Shown: one piece after another, positions 8,542 to 16,404 of the stretch
Layout of the letters: every line of letters starts with the position of its first letter
How positions within the stretch are numbered: the first letter of the stretch is position 1
IMG/VR virus record: IMGVR_UViG_3300012662_000001
Location: 42,558 to 106,557 of that record
DNA length: 64,000 bases
From: a virus
Strand: one strand, 5' to 3'
Made by a program: the position numbers and the translations under genes
The notes under the pieces: model-generated
Database searches by the model: none
What the model was told of the DNA's origin: nothing
Seen by the model: only the letters and a program-made list of their open reading frames with translations

Positions 8542-8596
8542 AATGCAAAGCAAAATAAAAACCAACAAACAAAGGCAACCAACCTGATTGCAAGTG

Positions 8597-8604
8597 CAAA
8601 GGTA
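8597..8604 (-). promoter_or_regulatory. Bacteroidota-type -7 box on the minus strand (TACCTTTG)
   Basis: The reverse complement of CAAAGGTA lies upstream of the 8541 start and heads the leftward operon. Confidence 0.4.
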
Positions 8605-8654
8605 GTCATCTTTCTTGGAAATCCAAGGATTTTATCAAGAATTTTCTAAAAAAT

Positions 8655-9446
8655 CTATTCGTCCAAAGATGGGTTTTTATTACTCATACAGCCGTTATCT
8701 GTAACCTTAAATCTTATGCCAATAACACGAGCCCTTTTCTTGGCAATCACCTTTTTAAGAATATATTCATACTCGAATGTAAGCCTACATCCTCTATCAT
8801 CAATCTCCTTTTTACATTCCTTAATATAGTCCGTAACAAAGCGATTAGTGTCTATCTGTTCTGGACAGTCCAGCCGCTTGCGAAGTTCCTGCAAGTCCGC
8901 ATCCCAAACTCCAGCACCATATTTAGGATGCTTGCGGTTAAGGTTTTCTGACAAATAAAGGTACAAATTCATAGATGTAGGCCGTTGAAGAGCCATAAAA
9001 GATTGAACACAAAAAGAAGCATAACCTGTTTTCTTGGAAAAGTCCAACAACCATCTAAGAGAACGTGGTGGAATTCCCACCCAATATCTTCCATCCTTAT
9101 TTAGAAGAGTGTAGAATAGAGGAAATGTAGCCTTTCTACCTTGTTCATCCACTTCATCTATGACGTTAATCTGCGTCATCTTTTCAAGTAGAGATCTTAC
9201 ACTGCCATTATGAGACATTACATATTTAGGTTCGATCTCTACTTCAAATTCAGAAAGGCTGTTTAGTGGAAAAATTTGTTTTAACCTTTCTGTGTCAAGA
9301 GTTTTCCAGTCCACTTCTTCATTTCCTGGAATAAATTCCTGCAAGGCTTCCACTACAACAGCCCAACAGCGTTTCTGTCGAGCAGAACTGTATTTTGTCA
9401 CATCTCTTGTTGCACGTTTCGTTGTGCGTAAAATTCTTTTGCTCAT
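8655..9446 (-). CDS. replication initiator, winged-helix Rep (plasmid Rep_3/RepB-like); ATG at 9446 preferred
   Basis: The pattern ...YWVGIPPRSLRWLLDFSKKTGYASFCVQSFMALQRPTSMNLYLYLSEN...LQELRKRL...FVTDYIKECKKEIDD...IGIRFKV resembles iteron-binding initiators. Iterons lie directly upstream. Confidence 0.6.
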   Translation of the reverse strand: MSKRILRTTKRATRDVTKYSSARQKRCWAVVVEALQEFIPGNEEVDWKTLDTERLKQIFPLNSLSEFEVEIEPKYVMSHNGSVRSLLEKMTQINVIDEVDEQGRKATFPLFYTLLNKDGRYWVGIPPRSLRWLLDFSKKTGYASFCVQSFMALQRPTSMNLYLYLSENLNRKHPKYGAGVWDADLQELRKRLDCPEQIDTNRFVTDYIKECKKEIDDRGCRLTFEYEYILKKVIAKKRARVIGIRFKVTDNGCMSNKNPSLDE

Positions 9447-9466
9447 TTCGTTTGTAATTTGATGCA

Positions 9467-9474
9467 CAAATATA
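9467..9474 (-). promoter_or_regulatory. -7 promoter box (TATATTTG on the minus strand) for the rep gene
   Basis: CAAATATA on the + strand, 20 nt upstream of the ATG at 9446. Confidence 0.5.
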
Positions 9475-9510
9475 CAAATTATTTTCATAAACTATAATCC
9501 GTTCGTCTGT

Positions 9511-9590
9511 GGGGGGTTTTACACCTCTATTTGGGGGGTTTTACACCTCTATTTGGGGGGTTTTACACCTCTATTTGGGGGGTTTTACAT
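9511..9590. repeat. iterons: 3 perfect plus 1 partial tandem copies of the 22-bp unit GGGGGGTTTTACACCTCTATTT; putative origin of replication
   Basis: Copies at 9511-9532, 9533-9554 and 9555-9576, with a partial copy at 9577-9590. These are followed by TTCTGTAAA x2 and an AT-rich stretch. Confidence 0.8.
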
Positions 9591-9664
9591 TTCTGTAAAA
9601 TTCTGTAAATGAAATAGTTATCGGGAAAAGAGGCCTCCTGTAATAGTAGGGGTAATAGATATTG

Positions 9665-9736
9665 GGTAATAGTATGATTGTTTATTGATAGTATTACTCC
9701 TAAAGTCGTAATACATATCACAATCATACTATTACC
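9665..9736. repeat. perfect 17-bp inverted repeat (GGTAATAGTATGATTGT / ACAATCATACTATTACC) with a 38-bp spacer, plus three GTAATAG half-sites
   Basis: Arms at 9665-9681 and 9720-9736 are exact reverse complements. GTAATAG also occurs at 9640, 9652 and 9666. Confidence 0.75.
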
Positions 9737-9785
9737 TGAAATAGAAGGGAAATTAAGAAAAGGGAACCGAAACGTCACATCTGAA

Positions 9786-10083
9786 AATGGAGGGGCTTCG
9801 AAAGGGGACTCCTCCCTTACGGTCGGAGGTCTTGTCTTCCCCTTTCTACGCCCAGGAGAGGGTCGACAGAGCGACCCTGTTTCCTTATAGGAGAATCCTG
9901 TATGAAATGCCGTTATACAAACAGTCGTGTCAAGGCCGCAAAGAATTCAACATTCTTCCCTTCACACGCTTGAGAACGGATAGCATAGATGGGCAGTGCA
10001 GTTCCCTATGAAAGTCGTTTATGGAGCAGACATAAAAAGACACATAGCGAAAAGACGGTTGGTTCGATTCCACCTCCGTGGCC
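9786..10083 (+). ncRNA. candidate structured non-coding RNA or DNA element ending in a tRNA T-arm-like motif; identity unknown
   Basis: The segment is GC-richer than its flanks. Local hairpins occur at 9789-9815 (GGAGG...CCTCC) and 9859-9878 (AGGGTCG/CGACCCT). GTTGG-TTCGATT-CCACC-TCCGTGG lies at 10058-10081. Only short ORFs are present. Confidence 0.25.
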
Positions 10084-10327
10084 TAATTATTTCGGCCTTG
10101 TGCTGTAACGTGTTTTGTATTTGATTTGTGATTAGGTGAATTTGTCAGTTTTTAGACGATTTAGGCGATGTTTGATGTTGGTTCAGTGTAGTTGTCAGGT
10201 TTGTGATTAGTTTGTTCCTATATTGCGTAGAATTTTAGTTTGGATATCATATTTACGAAAAATTGAGTTTTATCAGTAGTTTTAGAGTTTACAGAATTTT
10301 TCTTTTTCGTGTCATTATGCAGGTCGT

Positions 10328-10369
10328 CCACCGTCTGGGAAGTAAGGTTCTCCACGGTGGGCATTTTTA
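10328..10369 (+). terminator. intrinsic terminator-like hairpin
   Basis: CCACCGT...ACGGTGG stem followed by GCATTTTTA. Confidence 0.45.
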
Positions 10370-10412
10370 TGAAAAATCGTGAAAAGTTCATTGGAAATTT
10401 CAGAAAGGCCAC

Positions 10413-10420
10413 TATATTTG
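10413..10420 (+). promoter_or_regulatory. -7 promoter box TATATTTG
   Basis: Upstream of the ATG at 10503; heads the rightward morphogenesis block. Confidence 0.5.
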
Positions 10421-10502
10421 TAGTGTGATAAGACAGAGTGATAGTTCTTTTAATAGGCTTGTTCTGCCTATATTTGTATCACGAAATTTTAATTCTTTAG
10501 AT

Positions 10503-12065
10503 ATGGCAGAAAAGAAATTGGTTCCAGTCGAGAGGTTCAGGGAGGTTGCCCTGAACAACGGCTATGAAGTGTTTGATGAGACACAGGTGGCGGACTATGC
10601 CAAGGACGCTATGATGAAGTCTCAGGCAGGTGTTCTTTCAAAGGAGGACAAGGATGAGTTCGCCGTGGAGATGGCGGGACTTATGAAGGCTATCTGTGCG
10701 AATGGGGACGGCAGTCAGTGCACTCTCTACTATCGCAAGCCGCTTGTTGACTGGAAAGTTGACGGCAACGGTGTCGTGATGAAGGGGATCGCAGGAACGT
10801 ACACTGACACCCCTGAGAACAGAAAGTTGAATCGTGTGGGTCAGGCTTATGTTCCAAGTTCTGATGTTATTAAGTCTATCTATGGTGCTGGAAAGGAGGA
10901 CATCGAGGAGAATAAGGTTGATGCTGAGATGGCAGAACAGGCCTCTTTCATTAGAAAGTCCTGTGCCGTTGTGGCCGCTGATGCGGAGAGAAGACTTGCC
11001 CTTGGTGAGATTGATGAAAAGCTCTGCAAGTCAGTGAAGACCGAGGTTGGTATGTATCTGACTTCGTGGGGTGACACGCTTGATGAGTGCTGCGACGTTG
11101 TGAAGTCTGAGGACTTGGCTGACGTGCGTGAGGACTTGGCTGACGCCAAGGCGGCATTTGTTGACATTGTCAAGGCCGCTCACGGTCGCTATGCTGACAC
11201 CGCCAAGAATAGAAGACTGCATCGTGTTGGTCAGGAGTACGGCAAGGCGGCTCAGGAGAAGGACAAAGATGAGAAGAAGCAGGGTGCGACTGATGGTGTA
11301 TCAGGTGGGAAGCCGTCTCGCAATGGTGATTCCGTGAAACGTGATCTTTCCATTCTTGAGGAGAACAAGGATAGGATTGTTGAGAAGTACGGCCAGGAAG
11401 CCTATGATAGGAAAGTTGAAACCCTAAAGAAGGAGGGTGATGACTACGAGCAGAAGGAGACCGTGAAGCAACTCAAGGAGCGTGCTGACAAGCAGGACGC
11501 TGAGGAGGAGGAACGCAAAAAGGCTGATAAGAGAGCCAAGCGTCAGGAGAAGCGCAGAGCACGTCACGCAGCCAAGCGTGAGGCCGCTAAAAAGGCCAAG
11601 GAGGAAGTCGAAGTCAAGGCAAAGGCTGAAGTGGAGAAACAGCATCCTGAGGAGAAAGAACAACCTGAAAAGAATGCGAATAGCATTGAGTTGACTTCTA
11701 AGGGCATTAAGGACTATGTTGACAAGAATAGCAGTACCCCTGATGCTCGTATGCAAGCGATGGCCGCAGCCTATAAGGCACTCAAGGATAGTGGCAAGAG
11801 TAAGAAAGTTGACACGTTTGTTAAGGAGGTGTCAACTGGAAGTCCAAAAGTTGATATGGTTACACGGAAGTATGTGGAAGCTACTATGGCTGGAGCCACA
11901 CACGAGGAAGCCAAGGCGTTTGCTGAAAAGGAGTTCAACTTACTTGAGCACGGTATTCAGATGGCTCAGACTGCCATAGAGGACAATCTTCCTCAAGGTA
12001 TGGCACAGCATTTGATGAAGACAGCCTATGCCGTCTTTGATAAGGCGAAGTTTACAAAGAAGTAG
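10503..12065 (+). CDS. highly charged protein with two copies of a Y-x-D-x-x-x-N-R-[KR]-L-x-R-V-G-Q-x-Y motif and a K/E/R-rich low-complexity core; candidate packaged/internal protein
   Basis: YTDTPENRKLNRVGQAY and YADTAKNRRLHRVGQEYG. The C-terminal module is paralogous to the next gene. ATG at 10503 is chosen because the GTG at 10425 abuts the promoter box. Confidence 0.6.
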   Translation: MAEKKLVPVERFREVALNNGYEVFDETQVADYAKDAMMKSQAGVLSKEDKDEFAVEMAGLMKAICANGDGSQCTLYYRKPLVDWKVDGNGVVMKGIAGTYTDTPENRKLNRVGQAYVPSSDVIKSIYGAGKEDIEENKVDAEMAEQASFIRKSCAVVAADAERRLALGEIDEKLCKSVKTEVGMYLTSWGDTLDECCDVVKSEDLADVREDLADAKAAFVDIVKAAHGRYADTAKNRRLHRVGQEYGKAAQEKDKDEKKQGATDGVSGGKPSRNGDSVKRDLSILEENKDRIVEKYGQEAYDRKVETLKKEGDDYEQKETVKQLKERADKQDAEEEERKKADKRAKRQEKRRARHAAKREAAKKAKEEVEVKAKAEVEKQHPEEKEQPEKNANSIELTSKGIKDYVDKNSSTPDARMQAMAAAYKALKDSGKSKKVDTFVKEVSTGSPKVDMVTRKYVEATMAGATHEEAKAFAEKEFNLLEHGIQMAQTAIEDNLPQGMAQHLMKTAYAVFDKAKFTKK

Positions 12066-12077
12066 AAAAATTCACAG

Positions 12078-12107
12078 AGCACTCCTTGGAATCTCCTGAG
12101 GAGTGCT
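12078..12107 (+). terminator. hairpin AGCACTCC...GGAGTGCT abutting the next promoter
   Basis: 8-bp perfect stem followed by TATATTT. Confidence 0.5.
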
Positions 12108-12115
12108 TATATTTG
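12108..12115 (+). promoter_or_regulatory. -7 promoter box within a 19-nt element TTATATTTGCATTGTGAAA that recurs at 59496
   Basis: Identical 19-mer at 12107-12125 and 59496-59514. Confidence 0.55.
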
Positions 12116-12137
12116 CATTGTGAAAAAATTGAGAGTT

Positions 12138-13319
12138 ATGTTAATAGAGAAATCAAGAAGTGGTGTCTATCAGGACAATCCGGAAAATAGGCGGCTGCAT
12201 CGTGTCGGTCAACGCTATGGTGAACAGAAACAATCGGAGGAAAAGAAAGGTGGTGATGATGGTGTAAGGGATGTGGAGATTGTTACTTCCAAGCAGGGGG
12301 TTAAGACATTTCTTTCCGGGAAAGTTGGTGGCGACTACTATAAGGCTGTTGCTGAAGCCCATAAGGCATTAAAGAGAAGTGGTAAGAATAAGTCTGTTTC
12401 TCTTATGCTTGCTGAATCCGGAAGCGGTGAGCCGTCCAAGGATGTTCCTGCAAGGAAATATGTGGAAGCTGTTAATGGTGGTGCTTCTCACGATGAGGCC
12501 GTCGTCTTTGCCAATGGCTGTTACGATGAACTTCTGGCAAAGATAAAGAACGTTCAGGAAAAGGTTCATAGCGAGGGTGTTAGCTCTTCCGCTTCTACGA
12601 AGATGTTTGCGGCTGTGAACAAGTGGTTTAATGATCAGAAGTTTGAGAAGAAAGTTATTTCAGAATCTAAATCCATTGCTGATAGAATGAAGGAAGCAGG
12701 GTTTAAGCAGACTAATGAGGGGTGGGAGAAGTCCAATGGGGATATAACTGTGTCAGTTAAGAAACTAGCTTCGGGATATTACATTGGTGCAAATGATGGT
12801 AAACCCAAAACTTTAGTGCCTACACAGGCACATTTTTCTGGAGATCCATTTGAAAAGATGCTTGCGGCTGTTGACAAGCGTCTTGTTTCTGCGGAAGCAG
12901 CCAGAAAACAGGCTGAGGAGATTGATAGAGGGGTTCGTGCGGCAGAGGAGAAGCACAATCTGGAGGAGATTAAGCGAATTAATGAGAAGATGAATGCTTT
13001 TATGAAGAAGCAGCCCGACGCTGATAAGAAATCGACTGAAACGTCGGAAAAACCGACTTCACGTGTCACGTTTGTTGATGTTCCACACGCCAAGGATGTA
13101 AATTTGAAGAAATATCTTACTGATTCAAGGCGTAAGCAAGTTGATTATTTGATGAAGGCTGCAGAAGTTATGCCGAAAAGCACTTTGAAACAGATGCACG
13201 ACGAAGCCGTTAAGAAGTTCAATGACAACTTTGACAGTATGAAGAAGTCAGAGCGTGCTTCCGCTCTTTATGTCATTATGAAATATAAGGACTTGATGAA
13301 TAAAAAAATCCTTAAATAA
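12138..13319 (+). CDS. paralogue of the preceding gene (one NRRLHRVGQ motif); candidate packaged/internal protein
   Basis: YQDNPENRRLHRVGQRYG. KAVAEAHKALKRSGKNKSV...ARKYVEAVNGGASHDEAVVFA parallels AAAYKALKDSGKSKKV...TRKYVEATMAGATHEEAKAFA in 10503..12065. Confidence 0.6.
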   Translation: MLIEKSRSGVYQDNPENRRLHRVGQRYGEQKQSEEKKGGDDGVRDVEIVTSKQGVKTFLSGKVGGDYYKAVAEAHKALKRSGKNKSVSLMLAESGSGEPSKDVPARKYVEAVNGGASHDEAVVFANGCYDELLAKIKNVQEKVHSEGVSSSASTKMFAAVNKWFNDQKFEKKVISESKSIADRMKEAGFKQTNEGWEKSNGDITVSVKKLASGYYIGANDGKPKTLVPTQAHFSGDPFEKMLAAVDKRLVSAEAARKQAEEIDRGVRAAEEKHNLEEIKRINEKMNAFMKKQPDADKKSTETSEKPTSRVTFVDVPHAKDVNLKKYLTDSRRKQVDYLMKAAEVMPKSTLKQMHDEAVKKFNDNFDSMKKSERASALYVIMKYKDLMNKKILK

Positions 13320-13329
13320 GGAGAAGAAT

Positions 13330-13728
13330 ATGAAAATGCACGACGATATAGTCAAGAGAATGTCTGATGCCAAGGTGTCATTCGGTTCCATAGAGGATGT
13401 TCTTAGGGAGGGGGCAAGAAGTAAGAGCGGTGACTCCGGAGCCTATGTTGGTGACATTGAAGTTGACCTCAGTGGTTCTTATAATGAGCACGCCTGGAAT
13501 TCTTCTGGCAGGAACAAGCCAAAGAAGACATATCAACTTATAATTCACACGAAGAAGATAGACGGTGTGGATAACTTTGGTATCGTGCGAGCCTTTAATG
13601 ACGGCACTCTTACAAGAGATCAGATCGAGAGTGTCACTCTTGCGGAAAGTAATCCGTGGGAGGGTTACTGGACAAAGATTAGAGAAGTGGATTTGGATGA
13701 TATGCCTGTAAAGGCCGATAGAAAATAG
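13330..13728 (+). CDS. hypothetical protein
   Basis: ORF packed after the paralogue pair. Confidence 0.5.
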   Translation: MKMHDDIVKRMSDAKVSFGSIEDVLREGARSKSGDSGAYVGDIEVDLSGSYNEHAWNSSGRNKPKKTYQLIIHTKKIDGVDNFGIVRAFNDGTLTRDQIESVTLAESNPWEGYWTKIREVDLDDMPVKADRK

Positions 13729-13773
13729 TTGTGGTCAGTTGATATCAATTGATTATTTCAACTTTGAAATGAT

Positions 13774-13781
13774 TATATTTG
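13774..13781 (+). promoter_or_regulatory. -7 promoter box TATATTTG
   Basis: TATATTTGCCGT lies 38 nt upstream of the ATG at 13819. Confidence 0.5.
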
Positions 13782-13818
13782 CCGTGTAGTCAGTGAGTGA
13801 TTAAAAATTACATAAGAG

Positions 13819-14493
13819 ATGAAAAAGTACATTTACACCAAGGAGAGTGAATTCGTTATCGTGGAGACTGACGGTCTTGGCAGAATCGATAATTTTATGG
13901 TGACAGGTGTCATCGGAAAGAATTACAGCAATCTTGTGCAGTCCGGATTCTGCTTCAAGATGGGTGATGAGGTCAGCATTGCTTCTATGCTTAATATGGC
14001 GAAGCTCTGCAAGGCCAAGGTTGAGTGTTTCGAGGGCAACGCTCTTGTTTCGGATGAGTCAGTTGACTACACTGAGGAGCCTGTTGTTGAGCCAGTGGTT
14101 TCAGTGTATGGCGTTTCAATTGAGCGTCCGGAGAATGTCGTTGCAGGTGAGACATACGATGTCAAGACAACACTTAAGACCCTTACCAAGGGTGACAAGG
14201 GCTATGACAAGGTGATTGTCAGGTTTGCCACCGTGGCTCCGGAGGGTGGTGAGTGCACGATGACGCTCGTTGATTCTCAAGGCAGTCAGTTCAAGTTTGT
14301 GAATAACGGTACTTGGGGTCCGAGTGAGGGCTTTCCTCTTCCAGCGGAGTATGAAGCCACGACTCCTATGCAGGTGTCCTACAATCAGGCCGGAACCTAT
14401 GTTCACACGACAGAGCTTGTGAACCTTGAGGATAACAGCGTTATTATATCAGACACAGCCGAGGTTACTGTGGTTGAAAAGTCTGGGGACTAA
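13819..14493 (+). CDS. hypothetical protein with Ig-like C-terminal half
   Basis: Beta-rich C-terminal segment (VVAGETYDVKTTLKTL...TYVHTTELVN...AEVTVVE). Confidence 0.45.
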   Translation: MKKYIYTKESEFVIVETDGLGRIDNFMVTGVIGKNYSNLVQSGFCFKMGDEVSIASMLNMAKLCKAKVECFEGNALVSDESVDYTEEPVVEPVVSVYGVSIERPENVVAGETYDVKTTLKTLTKGDKGYDKVIVRFATVAPEGGECTMTLVDSQGSQFKFVNNGTWGPSEGFPLPAEYEATTPMQVSYNQAGTYVHTTELVNLEDNSVIISDTAEVTVVEKSGD

Positions 14494-14514
14494 TTATGTA
14501 GAAACATTTTCTAT

Positions 14515-16233
14515 ATGTCAAGAAGACAGCGAAATAGAAGTCATCGTATGGGAGCTGAATCAACGGCTCCCATAGATGCTTTAGAGGGGATGTCCATTCA
14601 GGAGTTGAGCCTGATGTCACAGGCCGCTCCGCTTGCTCTTCAGAATCGGCTGGAAAAGGCTCTTCGTTCAGAGAACGTTGAGGACGTGCTAAAGGCACAG
14701 GCGTTCATCGCACAGCAGGAGAAGAGCGGCAGAGCTGTCAAGCCTGACATCAAGTCCATCCTATGGAATCCATCTGACATAGGGTTCAATGGTCGTGGCT
14801 ATCGTGATCCGAACAATGGCATACCGTTCACCACACTTCAGCGGATGGGTGATATCTATATTATTAAGGCCATCATTAACACTCGTATTGAACAGATACA
14901 GAATTTCTTGCGATATAGTGATGATGATCAGAAGCCTGGATTCCAGCTGCGATACAAGCAGATGCTCGGCGGTGACATTAAAGAGATATCCAAGAAGGAT
15001 ATGAAAGTTGTTGAGGGGCTTGTGCGCTTTTTGGAGGATGGTGGTGAGAATGATAAGTGGTCTTCGGAGGACAATTTTCAGGATTTTACACGTAAGACCA
15101 TCAAGGATTCACTCTGTCTGGATCAACTCTGCTTTGAGGTTGTTCGCAGTCGGAGTATGAAAGTGAATAAGTTCAGAGCGGTGGATGCCTCTTTGATACG
15201 GCAACTTGACACGGATGATCCTCGCTATGCAAGTATGTTTGAATCATATAGGTGGCACGGTTATCTTCCTCGCTATGCGATGGTCTATGACAGTCAGATA
15301 ATACGTAATCCAGCAACTGATGAGCTTGTTGTCTACTATCCGTGGGAACTTGGTTACGGCATACGTAATAAGACGACCAATGTGTTTAGGAATGGCTATG
15401 GCTGTTCTGAACTGGAGACCCTTATAGAGGTCGTGACGTGGATTCTGTGGGGTATGCAGTATAACGGTAATTTCTTTAAGCAGGGTTCACAGCCAAAGGG
15501 ATTCATTAATGTCAAGAATTCCAATATTGACCAAGGCACGCTGAATGAGTTTCGTCAGGACTGGAAACAGACGATGTCCACTGTTTATAATGCTCACAAG
15601 ATTCCTGTAATACAGGGTATTGATCTTGAGTGGGTAGACTTGCAGCAGTCCAACAAGGATATGGAGTTCACGGAGTGGATTAAGTTCCTTTTCGTGGTGA
15701 CGTGCGCTGTGTATCGTATTGACCCATCAGAGTTGGGTTTTCAGTTTCAGGATGCAGCAAGGGTGTTCGGACAGGACGGTCAGAAGGAGCGTCTTGACCA
15801 TTCACAGAAGAAAGGTCTCTTTCCTCTACTCATTTTCTTTCAGAACATTGTGAATCGCTATATCATATCTGAGATAGATGACCGTTTTGAATTCGTGTTT
15901 ACAGGCGTGGACATCAAGGACGAATCTGCTCAGATAGAGATTGACAAGAAGAAGTTGGACGCAGGTGTTGTTTCTCTGGAGGATATGTTCCGCAAGTATT
16001 CGGGGCGTGACCTTGACCCTGAGAAGGATACCATTCTCAATTCCATCTATCAGACGGCACAGAGCAACAAGATGATGGGTGGTGAGGATATGAACGGAGC
16101 CGTTGATCAGATGAACGGTGAGGGTGGCGGTGACGACTTTGACATTGCTGATATGCTTATGCAGAAGTCACAGGGCAACCCTATTCTTGGCAAGGCACTG
16201 GAGTTTATTGATAATCAGTTATCGGCAAAATAA
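14515..16233 (+). CDS. portal protein (positional and size-based call)
   Basis: 572 aa, immediately upstream of the MuF-like head protein; acidic C-terminus. Confidence 0.65.
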   Translation: MSRRQRNRSHRMGAESTAPIDALEGMSIQELSLMSQAAPLALQNRLEKALRSENVEDVLKAQAFIAQQEKSGRAVKPDIKSILWNPSDIGFNGRGYRDPNNGIPFTTLQRMGDIYIIKAIINTRIEQIQNFLRYSDDDQKPGFQLRYKQMLGGDIKEISKKDMKVVEGLVRFLEDGGENDKWSSEDNFQDFTRKTIKDSLCLDQLCFEVVRSRSMKVNKFRAVDASLIRQLDTDDPRYASMFESYRWHGYLPRYAMVYDSQIIRNPATDELVVYYPWELGYGIRNKTTNVFRNGYGCSELETLIEVVTWILWGMQYNGNFFKQGSQPKGFINVKNSNIDQGTLNEFRQDWKQTMSTVYNAHKIPVIQGIDLEWVDLQQSNKDMEFTEWIKFLFVVTCAVYRIDPSELGFQFQDAARVFGQDGQKERLDHSQKKGLFPLLIFFQNIVNRYIISEIDDRFEFVFTGVDIKDESAQIEIDKKKLDAGVVSLEDMFRKYSGRDLDPEKDTILNSIYQTAQSNKMMGGEDMNGAVDQMNGEGGGDDFDIADMLMQKSQGNPILGKALEFIDNQLSAK

Positions 16234-16403
16234 TGGCTTATAGAGAACGAGTTCCAAGAGTGCAGAGACACGTTGACCCTATGCGCTATCCAGCTGTGCA
16301 GGGGCGATATGAACGTGAAGCGATGAAGAGTTTTGCACCTGTGGAGCTGTTTGGCAATATTGTTGAGACGATGACGAAGATAGTCAAGGAGAAGCGAGGT
16401 TGA
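16233..16403 (+). CDS. small ORF (56 aa) filling the portal-MuF gap
   Basis: TAATG overlap with the portal stop; MAYRERVPRVQRHVDPMRYPAVQGRYEREAMKSF...; below the ORF-track cutoff. Confidence 0.35.
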   Translation: MAYRERVPRVQRHVDPMRYPAVQGRYEREAMKSFAPVELFGNIVETMTKIVKEKRG

Positions 16404-16404
16404 T

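Noticed and set aside
9511-9610. Tandem 22-bp repeats that might be mistaken for a CRISPR array
   Set aside because: The repeats are directly adjacent with no spacers, there are only 3.6 copies, and they sit in front of a Rep-like gene. They are iterons, not CRISPR.
9786-10083. tmRNA or complete tRNA gene
   Set aside because: The 5' segment GGAGGGGCTTCGAAAGGGG is superficially tmRNA-like and the 3' end has a T-arm. However, the strand following the T-arm (TCCGTGG) has no complementary 5' partner, there is no G3-U70 pair, no ...LAA-type tag ORF and no CCA end. No cloverleaf could be drawn. It is kept only as an unexplained element.
10425-10502. Upstream alternative starts of ORFs at 10425, 12120 and 59502
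   Set aside because: These starts lie within or only 4-5 nt downstream of the TAnnTTTG boxes, so they would probably precede the transcription start. The downstream ATGs (10503, 12138, 59541) were preferred.
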